Source: Nemertoderma westbladi
Taxonomy: Eukaryota; Animalia; Xenacoelomorpha
DNA: 49,096 bases
Reading direction: 5' to 3'
Assembly (NCBI GenBank): GCA_032718475.1
Contig: JAUCBJ010008642.1
Span: forward strand, 1 to 49,096
Position 1 is the first letter of the stretch. Each line of letters opens with the position of its first letter. Below, one piece after another: positions 21,125-31,622 of the stretch. Position numbers and translations under genes: made by a program. A model generated the notes under the pieces. That model was not told the DNA's origin, did not search any database, and saw only the letters and a program-made list of their open reading frames with translations.

Positions 21125-22768
21125 TGCGTATGGAGTGGGTGTATGACTATTATTTTATCGATTTTATTACATTTTATATGTAAATATTATTATGTACTTT
21201 ATTATAATCGTTTTATTTAATTTTATTTAGTGGAATGTTATTTAGATTATTTAGTAGATTAGTGCAATATATTAGTGTTTATTACGTCCGTAATTACTTA
21301 TAATATATATTTAGTGCGACGGCGAGAAATAATTATTTTTCTCTTTCCTTACTGTCCGTATTATATTATAAATGCGAGACTATAGTAAGATGACATGTCC
21401 GTACTTATTAAAAGTACAATAAAGCCACTACTATATTTAAGTATTATTGGTAGGCAGAGTATTAGGAATGCAAAGTTCAGATCCTCGTGTCTCGGCTAAA
21501 CCAAGCTCTGGGTAGACCTTGGAAACGACTTGCCTCTTCACACTGACATTGCTTCGTGCGATATTGCTCTTCTACCTTATATTAAATAATACATATAGTA
21601 GCGTGATGTCCCTCTAACAGTAGCGTAAAACGCAAATAAATCTGTTAAACCTTTGACCATCTGCAATTCTAGTCGATTAAGATATCGTGGCACCCACCGA
21701 TATACTTGAAAGACAAATTCTAGAATCAGTGGTTAACGTCCCCAGACAAGTTCTGGAACAAAATTGGTGCCCATCTCAAATATTAATTAATTTATATTTA
21801 TAAATCTATAAATCAAAATCTGTAAAATTCAGATCCTTTAACAATTCTAGTCGATTAAGATATCGCAGCACTTACCGATACTCTTAAAAGACAATTTTAT
21901 AGAATTAAGGATCCTATGTCCCCAGACAAGCTCTGGAATCAAATTATGTCAATTTACCATCAAATAATAAAATTCACGGGAATAAATTTGAATTCATATC
22001 TTTAAATGAATTTAATAAATTGTCATTTTGTGCAATTTATAACATTCCCAAAATTCCCTTAATTAATAGGTCACGGGAGCGGAGATTCATCCCATTGAGT
22101 GTGATAGAGTGTGAGAATCTCCAAGATATAGTCAATAGCCGATAAAATTAATAAAATCATGCATAAAGAGGATATTGACAATCAAAGAATTACTATTAAA
22201 TAACATCCCAGATCTGTATGCATGAGAATTACTCTAATTCTACCGCTAGCTTTCCATAATGTCACCATGGCAACACCCACGCTAGAATTAGAAACGAGTT
22301 AAAGGAGCAATAGAAAGCTTGTCCCATTGCCTAGTATAGAGATTACATAGCACTGTTTAGTATCCAAGGATACGCAATAACAACGTGACATTCTAGAAGG
22401 CATTGACTAACAGACAAATGGCCTGTATGTTTGTAATTAGTGACAGTTGTGTGGAGTTTGTGTGGAGTTTGTGCGTTTGTAGGTGAATGCTGCTACTAAA
22501 GTGTGTTTACAGTAGCTAGTCGCAATTGTAAAGTAGACCTAACTCTCATATAAAGAACCTTAAGTAATTTCAAGACTTTGGGACGGACAGTGGAGTGACT
22601 TGTGCCGGTTACCGTGTCGTACTGTTGCCACAACGTTGGCGTAAACACCGCGACAACGGTGCATCGGCGCTGAGGATCCCACTGTCCGGGGTTAGAGAGG
22701 GTTAGGCAGCAACGCCCGCTCGCCTAAAGCTAAACTCATTATAATATTAATAAACTCATATAACAGAT

Positions 22769-24123
22769 ATGACGGAGTTGATAGAAGATGATCTTAGTAT
22801 TAGAGAGAGATATACTCTACCTTTACAAGCGTTTGTGGATAACTTGATACGCGGTGAAGCTGATCCAACTACTACGGAGGACGATGGTAGTTATATCGAA
22901 CCGCCTATGTCCCAGGAACAACTTACGCGTGAATTGGATTATAGCAAATTTACCGCTCGCTATACGCATTGTGATAGTACGTATATGGACTTCTTAACTA
23001 CCAGTCATTCTATCGATTTACACGATATGGGCTACGTCAACTCCCAAAGGGAAATGGCACTATTTACATATCCTACCCAGCGGAGGTGGAACGATAAACT
23101 GTAATTCGAATGCGAAAATTCTATTCGAAATCGACTCGAACGAAAAGACGTTCAAGAAGCGGATAAACGTGGTAACTCCAACGTATATTTAGAATTCTTG
23201 GGGGAAGCATTGTAACACCGAATAAATATCACCCGCTTCTCCTCTACAGGACGTACGTCTTTGATATTATTGTGACACATGCCCTAGACCTAACCAACAA
23301 ACGGAAAGACGTAAACATCCGCGGAGACGTTGCGCTAAACACAGTTTTACGCGTTATACTTACGGGAGTTTCGAGCGAAACCTGTTCGACGTATCACCTA
23401 CGATCGCCCGTCTCAAATGATCGCTAGATGGACCCATGATCAGAGTTCCAGAATACTCGGTCAGACCTCCTCCTTCCCTGGTGAGACCTCGGACTCTTGA
23501 TCCTATTAGTGTTACGGATCCTCCCGAGCTGTATTCACTGTTCAAAGATCTAGTGTTACCCTAACAATTAATCGGTAACACTCCAGCAGTGAGCTCTAGC
23601 TGGTCACCCATCTTACCTAGCCGTATTGGGAAGCGGACACCTAATATCGCCATTAAACTGTGTAGTCGCCCAGTTTAACGCGATACAACCCTTCATCAAG
23701 GCGGAGGAGAGCGTTGTACGAAAAGAGTTAAACGCTATTCTACACAGATCAGAAGGGAAACTTGCATTTGTTCAGATGAACGTAAGTTGTAACAGCAAGT
23801 CCAAGCGATAAACGAATTGGCTTTATCCCAGTTCGATTGGGAAATCCAGAATCTATAGGACGATATCGAGCTTGGATGACTCTATTCTCAGCGAGAGTTT
23901 TGGACGAGCGTATCCAACTATGAGCGGAGGAAAATCAGCTCGAGGAGAAACATATCGAAACGGCGGATACCCCGACTATAATCCTATACCTTCTGATGCA
24001 ATTATATTGCACCCTTTACCTAGGAGTTATAGCCCTCCTTGTAAAGTGGCTCGCCCCAAAGAGAAAAAGACTCTGGCCAGCTTTAAAAAACTGCGTAAAC
24101 GCCGTCCGCGCAAGAAAGACTAA
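22769..24123 (+). pseudogene. Degenerate extra ORF(s) between pol and 3' LTR, product unknown
   Basis: ATG at 22769 opens a 148-codon frame (to 23215) with one internal stop, conserved in element 2 with a different internal stop. Downstream open stretches end in basic KKLRKRRPRKKD* at 24123. Confidence 0.55.
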
Positions 24124-24192
24124 CTGTTTAGAGTATTTTGTATGTTAGAAACTGTGATTTTGTATATTTTATAGACTTAAATCCCATTTTCT

Positions 24193-24200
24193 GGGAGCGG
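24193..24200 (+). promoter_or_regulatory. Polypurine tract
   Basis: GGGAGCGG immediately before the TGT of the 3' LTR. Confidence 0.7.
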
Positions 24201-25406
24201 TGTAAAAGCTTTTGTGGGATGACTAGCTCGTTTGCCTTGCTAAACAGTTCCCCCCCCAATCGCTGGAATACTCTCAAAGGGATCTGGCTTGAATGGCAAG
24301 CTGCCTGTTGGTTGGCTAGATTGCTCTTCCCTGGATGAAAGCTCTTAATAAGCCTACCGGACATATCTGCCAATAAGATTGGAGCTAGTTCTGATTTTGT
24401 CCAATACCACGCTACTGAACTGAAAATCCCATCTGTATGCTCTTTCTCTGTGTTGAACGGGAGCCTGTTCCACGTAGTTAAAGTTCTTAGTATTTCATCA
24501 TTCAGTAGTCACGAGATTACCTCTAAGCCAGAAAGAACGGCATTAGAATTGTTTTCCCTAATTTTTATACGAAATATTAGTGGGCATAGATTATAGAAAG
24601 TATAACTGTTATCGATTCACATATCATTACGATCTTATGTCACATATCACAACAACTTAACAATTCACGGCCTACAATTCGGTTCATATCTTTTATATCA
24701 TATCTTAACCTACCGTCTTACTGCTTTTATTGTTTGTAATTATTTGTATCAGTTGGTTTGATGTTATTATTTGGAAAATATCAACGAACATCCCAAATTT
24801 CCCAATTTTCTTGATGCACTACAGCTTAGAGAGACAGTTTACTTATAACGATTGCGACTTTATTATTGTGGTTTGTATTGAATCTAATGTTATTTGATAG
24901 CCACTACAGGAGTCAATTGCTGATCTCTTTATGTGTGATCAAAGTCAGTAACTGTCGGCAAACCAGTGAGCAGTATTGTGCGGTACCGGTAGTGCGTGTG
25001 ATCGTGATTGTGATTGATAACTAAGCATTCCTAAAGAATGTGCCTCATACTTGAATTCTAAGCCATATAGTTGTGTGTAGTATAAGTCACAGCTCTGTTT
25101 ACATAGATAGAGCGCCACGTCCTAAAGGAACTGCTAATATTTCCCGAAAGTGAATAATATTTGTCAGAGATTATATATTACTGATCAATCGAATAATATA
25201 CGAAGGCTTCACTGCAATAAATCTAAGCCATCCGAATCCAGTCTCCCGGGCGTAGCCATCGGGTGAATGAACGCGCACAGGCTGGCTTCGGCTAATATTG
25301 TGTTTGTTTTATATTAAATCTTGTCATTCGTATAAAAATTAATTTATCAACAAAGACATATAAATTTTGGCAGGTTAAACTGCTGAAGGTCTAAAAAGCG
25401 CGTACA
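24201..25406 (+). repeat. 3' LTR of element 1 (1206 bp)
   Basis: Near-identical to 7228-8434. Confidence 0.92.
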
Positions 25407-25691
25407 ATAACAGTTATAGATCTTATTGCAGTAAGCAATAAGGTTGCCAAGTACCGGTCGACCGGTAAACCTGAACCGATACTTCGGTAGGTCGGTAGGC
25501 CTAACTGTCGGAACCGGTACTGCTGTACAAGTACATTTAGTATTATTCGATTTGATTGTTGTATACCGGTAGGTCTCGATATTAAATCGGGGACGCCTGG
25601 TTTTTATTGGGATTTTACTTAGGTCTATTTCTGTCAGTTTTATTTACTAGTAAGTTAATATTGAGTTGAAGACGTGTAAAAAGCGCGTACA
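25407..25691 (+). repeat. Extra copy of PBS + leader (8435-8707) capped by a second LTR terminus
   Basis: Matches the 5' leader up to GACGTGTAA, then continues AAAGCGCGTACA and the TSD. Confidence 0.85.
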
Positions 25692-26050
25692 TACACCATA
25701 GACTGCGTGTTTGTGGAAAACTCTGACCAATCTGCAATTTCTCAGTCTGCCGCTAGAGGGTGAAATGTCTCAAGTGAAATTCTTCTCCAATTTCGTTGTT
25801 TCTAATGCTTTTTTGCTTATACTCGGGAAGGGCATGATGACCATAGGCTGTTTGTATGGGGAGGACGCTAACCAGTCTGCGGATTTCCAGTCTACTGCTA
25901 GGGTGCGAAAAATCTGAATCTGAAAAGTAAAAACATTCTCACATTTATTTATTAAAAATGCTTTTACGCTTATAATTGTCTGAGGTATACTGTACTACAT
26001 CATAAGGCTGCATCTATGTGAAGGACGTTGACCAGTGTAGATATCTGAAA
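25692..26050 (+). repeat. Resumed 147-bp monomer array (last ~2 units of unit 3)
   Basis: Continues TACAC-CATAGACTGCG and matches 4645-4990. Confidence 0.85.
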
Positions 26051-26669
26051 AGTAAAACAGCATCAGTTTTTTGTTTGAGAGAACACTCTCAATCATATGA
26101 AGTTTTGTTAAGTTAATTAATTAATTAATGTTTGGAATGGTGAATAGGCTTGTGAACTAGAAAGCCGTGGCCCGAAGGGCCACTGGCTTTCTAGTCTATA
26201 TATATAAATATCATGTGTCTGTCTGTCTGTCTGTTTGTCTGTCCAAGCTATACGTTTCTACACACAAGCACCAATCGGAGCTCGCGATACATCGAACGAA
26301 AGCTCTCGTCACGAGCACGTGCACTGTCGCTATCTCGAGTCTTATTTTGCGCGTTTGTTTGCGTGAATGCAGATTTCGTGAATTTGGTACCGGTAGCGCG
26401 GTAGGCCTAGCAGTTCATTCTGTCACTCTACATGTTGGGTCTCGACTATTATGCTACTTTTTGATGCGCATCTACGTGATGCAGACTGCCCCGAGCACAT
26501 GGACGCGAAACGTCGTTATATCGAGGCGAATTTTATGCATTATTTATGTGTGAATGCGTATTTGTGGTCAAATTTGGCTATTATTCCATAACCATTTTCA
26601 GCCAAATTTTTCAACCAGCAGGAAGCGTTATAACAGCGGTTGCACCAACAGACTCAATCTGTTCTAAAT

Positions 26670-28230
26670 GATACTTTGCAGATACGTTCCTGACCATAGA
26701 CTGTGTGTTTGGGAAGACACTGATCAATCTGCAGTTCTCCAGTCTGCCGCTAGGGGGCGAAATGTCAGAAACTGAAAACCTTCTCCCATTTCGTTATTAT
26801 TAATGCCTTTTAGCTGATCGTGGCAGAGGTCTACTATACCATAGACTGTGTGTTTTCGGAGAATGCCGACTAATCTGCAATTCCCCAGTCTGCCGCTAGG
26901 GGGAGAAATATCTGAAAGTGAAAACCTTATCCCATTTCGTTGTTTATAATGATTTTTTGCTGATACTTGGCAGAAGTCGACTACACCATAGACTGCGTGT
27001 TTGTAGAGAACTCTGAATAATCTGAAATTCCTCTGTCTGCCGGTAGGGGGCGCAATGTCTGAAAGTGAAAACCTTCACCCATTTCGTTGTTTTCACTGCG
27101 TTTTTGCTGATTCTTGGCAGAGGTCTACTACACCAAGACTGCGTGTTTGGGGAGGAGCTAGAACAAGTCTGCATTTCTCCAGTCTACCGCTAGGGGGCCA
27201 AATGTCTGAAAGTGAAAACCTTATCTCATTTCGTTATTAATAATGCTTTTAGGCTGACACTTGGCAGATGCGTATTACACTAAACAAGGTGTGTGTCTGA
27301 AGAGGACGCCGAACAACCTGCAGTTCTCTATTTGGCCGCTAGGGGGCGAAATGTTTGAACGTGAAAACCTTATCCCATTTTGATGTTTATAATGTTTTTA
27401 GGCTGATACTTGTCAGAGGTCTACTACATCAAAGACTGCGTGTTTGTGGAGAACTAAGACCAATCTGCAATAGCTCTGCCTGCCGCTAGGGGGCGCAATG
27501 TCTGAAAGTGAAAACCTTTATGCATTTCATTGTTTATAATGCTTTTTTGCTGATACTTGGCAGAGGTCTACTACACCATAGACTGTGTGTTTGGGGAGGA
27601 GCTAGAACCAGTCTGCATTTATCCAGTCTACCGCTTGGGGGCCAAATGTCTGAAAGTGAAAACCTTATCCCATTTCGTTATTAATATGATTTCAGGCTGA
27701 CACTTGCCAGATGTGTAGTACACCATAGGGTGTGTGTCTAGGTAAGACGCCGAACAAACTGCAGTTCTCCATTCGGCCGCTAGGGGGCGAATTGTCTGAA
27801 AGTGAAAACCTTATCCCGTTTCGTTGTTTCTAATGCTTTTAGGCTGATACTTGTCAGAGGTCTACTACACCAAAGACTGCGTGTTTGTGGAAAACCTGAC
27901 CAATCTGCAATTTCTCAGTCTGCCGCTAGAGGGTGAAATGTCTCAAGTGAAATCCTTCTCCCATTTTGTTGTTTCTAATGCTTTTTTGCTTATACTTGGG
28001 AAAGGCATGCTTGACCATAGGCTGTTTGTATGGGGAGGACGCTAACCAGTCTGCGGATTTCCAGTCTACTGCTAGGGTGCGAAATATCTGAATCTGAAAA
28101 GTAAAAACTCTCTCACATTTATTTATTAAAAATGCTTTTACGCTGATAATTGTCAGAGGTCTACTGTACTACAACATAAGGCTGCATCTATGTGAAGGAC
28201 GTTGACCAGTGTAGATATCTGAAAAAGTAA
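26670..28230 (+). repeat. ~147-bp monomer array (about 10 units)
   Basis: Monomer-by-monomer similar to 3450-4990. Confidence 0.9.
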
Positions 28231-28241
28231 AACAGCATCAG

Positions 28242-29420
28242 TGTAAAAGCTTTTGTGGGATATAACTGGCCCTTTTGCTCCGCAATCCAGTTTCCCCCAA
28301 TGCGCTCAAATACTCTAAAAACTCCCTAACTCAAATGATACGATCTACCAGCTGATTGGCTGATTTGCTGTACGCATGGCCTCTTTGTTCTGTTCGATCA
28401 ACCAATCAGAACAACGATCAACCAAGCAGAGTGATTCATCCTTGTGTTGGCGAGGGGGTGCAAACGCTAGGGTGGTTTGGCATTTTGGACCATTTGGGAC
28501 CTGTAGAATCTGGAGCTCTGCCAATGAGAGCTATTTCTTTTTGTGTTGAAAGCTACCTGCAACAGCCCACAGGGATCAGTGTGTTGGTTTTCCTAGCCCA
28601 GAACATCGGCTGTGGAATGATTCTGTGTTTCAGACTTTAGCCAACATTAGTACGGCTTTAATTATAGGAACACATAACTGTTATCGGGCAAACTCAAACG
28701 ACACAAACTCAAACTCATATTGTCAAACCTTTCACCGCATTATTGTACTGCTATTTACTGTTGGTTATTAATTGTATCAGTTGATTGAATATTGTTATTT
28801 GGAGAATATCGATAATTGATCATAAAACCCCAATCTTCTTGATACACTAAAGGTTAGAGAGACCGGTTACATATAGCAATTGCGACTTACATTATATTGG
28901 TTTGTAGTGAGTTGAATGCTATTTCATAGGCCCTACAAATGTCGGTTGCTATTCTCTTTATATATGATTAAAATCAGTGAAGATCGGCAGATTAGTGTGC
29001 AGTATTGTGCGGTAGTGTGTATGAGCTTGACTGATAACAAAGCATCTCCTAAAGAATGCGCCTTATGTGTAAATCCTAAGCCATCCCGTTGTGTTTAGTA
29101 TAAGTAACTCTGTTTACATATTTAGAGCGCCACGTCCTAAAGGAACTGCTAATATTTCCCGAAAGTGAATAATATTTGTCAGAGATTATATATTAATGAT
29201 CAATCGAATGGTACAGTAGGCCTACACCGCAATAAGATTAAAGCTTCCGAATCCAGTCTCCCGGGTATATCCAACGGGTAAATGGTCGCGCATAGGCTGG
29301 CTTCGGCTAATGTAGTGTTTATTTGTATCAAATACTCGTCATAGGCTAAAGTCGATTTATAACCTAGAAGACATCTAAATTTGGCAGGTTAAACTGGTAA
29401 AGGTCTGAAAAACGCGAACA
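28242..29420 (+). repeat. 5' LTR of element 2
   Basis: Its 3' ~765 bp recur at 39463-40231. It ends ACGCGAACA and is followed by ATAACAGTTAT. Confidence 0.88.
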
Positions 29421-29431
29421 ATAACAGTTAT
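29421..29431 (+). promoter_or_regulatory. Non-tRNA primer-binding site candidate (ATAACAGTTAT)
   Basis: Abuts the LTR and is the reverse complement of ATAACTGTTAT at 28674-28684. Confidence 0.6.
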
Positions 29432-29705
29432 CGTTTCTTTATTGCAACGTAGGCAATAAAGCACAAAAGTACCGGTCGACCGGTAACCTGTAGGCCTGAC
29501 TACCTAACCACCCGAACCGGTACTTACTTACTGTACAGGTACAGCAGTATTATTCGATTTTGATAATTATATACCGGTAGGTCTTGATATTAAATCGGGG
29601 ATGCCTGGTTTTTATTGGGATTTTACTTAGGCCTATTTCTGTCAGTTTTATTTACTTGTAAGTTAATATTGAGCAGAAGACGTGTAAGCCTGCGCAGATT
29701 GTACA

Positions 29706-30285
29706 GATAATTTGTAGGCTGGATTGTTGTCTGGCTGTTGTTAGGTCTGAAGAGATTGCAGTGTGTGTAGAGCATCTGTCCGATAAAGTGCTAGTTAGGA
29801 ACGTAGGGGCATCTTGAGTTGTAAGGTAAACCCCCCTGAAAGAATAAGTCGTACTACTAGGTTAGAACGCATACTAACTAACTATTTCGGAGACTGCATA
29901 TACTGTAGTTTGTTTAGGCTTGATAGTAGTCTGCCAGCGTTTAGTCTGTATTTTGTTTGTGTAGTTTGTACGGGTAGCGTAATATTTCTTATTAGGATAA
30001 TTTGTAGGCTGGATTGTTGTCTGGCTGTTGTTAGGTCTGAAGGGACTGCCGTGTGTGTAGAGTATACGTCCGATAAAGTGCTAGTTAGGAACGTAGGGGC
30101 ATCTTTGAGTTGTAAGGTAAATCCCCTGAAAGAATAAGTCGTACTACTCGGTTAGAACGCATACTAACTAACTATTTCGGAGACTGCATATACTGTAGTT
30201 TGTTTAGGCTTGATAGTAGTCTGCCAGCGTTTAGTCTGTATTTTGTTTGAATAGTCTGTACGCGTAGCGTAATATTTATTATTCA
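29706..30285 (+). repeat. Two-copy 290-bp tandem repeat in leader of element 2
   Basis: CGATAAAGTGCTAGTTAGGAACGTAGGGGC at 29781 and 30071. Confidence 0.85.
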
Positions 30286-31622
30286 GAGTTTATGCGATTA
30301 TTCGCAACATTCATATCCCCAAGTTTATTCCTACAGTAATTGTGCTTGTTATACATACCGTTATAGTTAAATTAACCCCGGTACTACATCAGGGCTGCTC
30401 GGCGTAGGTAAAGACTGGTGATTTTGTGCTCTGGTCACTCCGGCAGATACTGTGGTTCTTTTAGCTGTACAAGTATTTTTAACTGCTGGTTATTTGTTAT
30501 ACAAGTACTTGTACCTAATTTAGGGTTTAGTGTACAGTGCTTTCCGAAGATAATTAGTGTGTAGGCAGTATATTTGTGTTGTAAAGTGGTTAATAGGCAC
30601 GTTGGCTCTGGTAGGCCGCGGTAATTAACTTCTAGGTAGGAACACTCCGTGAAACATAACGTAGTACTTATAGCGATACGGCTATAAGTCATCAGACGGT
30701 GGTATTTTTCCTATCTGGACAACGCAGTATATTTACTATTGCTTTATTATTCTCAAATACCGTAGTATCCTGTCCGTTGTAATAACCAGAAATTCTAACC
30801 CTTTGTTAGGCTGGTTTGTAGATTCCCTGTAAAATTAACCCTAAAAATTCGTACGTGTAATTTTTTGTGTTCATTTAGAGATTGTAATCTCACCCTGTAT
30901 TGTACGTAATTCGTAGATAAGTAACTTAGGCCAGTAGAATTATTTGTTTTAGTGTCCAATAAGTAGCACTTCACTGAGAGCGCACAGCTTCTGTGTAGTG
31001 ATTACTTCCCAGAAATAATAAATCTATTTCAATATTGTAACAAAACCCCTCATACGGGTATATATATTATAAATCAACCCAAATCGATTTATAAAATAGT
31101 AGGCCTGTCATACAACAATTAGGTCTTAATATCAGTTGGACTACTGCTTAAATAACGGTAATAAAGTAAAGTAAAGTAACTAAGTAACCCTTAAAATTCA
31201 GAAATTCAATTATTCTAAAATAATTGACATCCCGGTATTTACAATAGGCTTATTATATTTATTCTATAAATCTAAGCTGAAATTATATACCGGTACTGGT
31301 ATTCTGTAATTAATTCTAGTCTATAATTATACTTATATATACTATAAGTGTAAGCTGTATACCGGTATTCACGATAGGCTTATTATATATTTATATATAT
31401 TTGTGCTGAAATTATATACCGGTATTCTGTGACAAACCTAGTCTGTAATAATACTTATATATACTATAAGTGTATACCGGTATTCTAAAATATTGTGTAT
31501 ATATATCACGTTACACTGAGTCACGGTATCGATAATTAATTACTAGGCTAACAGTCATACTGAATTACTAGACTTGCTTTAACTGTATTTATAGCAGAAG
31601 GCATTCAACTGTATAAACAAAC

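Larger units (their letters stand above)
7228..25691 (+). mobile_element. BEL/Pao LTR retrotransposon, element 1 (near full length, inactivated)
   Basis: TG...CA termini, 5-bp TSD TACAC (7223-7227 / 25692-25696), near-identical ~1.2-kb LTRs, and gag-PR-RT-RH-IN order with the BEL-type triple zinc knuckle. Confidence 0.95.
5136..26194 (+). mobile_element. Non-autonomous Helitron-like unit 3, interrupted by BEL/Pao element 1
   Basis: 5' TCTATATATATAAAT at 5136; the monomer CTACTACAC|CATAGACTG is split by the LTR element; 3' hairpin-CTAG at 26156-26194. Confidence 0.75.

Noticed and set aside
22769-24123. Envelope glycoprotein
   Set aside because: No signal peptide, TM helix, furin site or Cys pattern visible in the readable frames.
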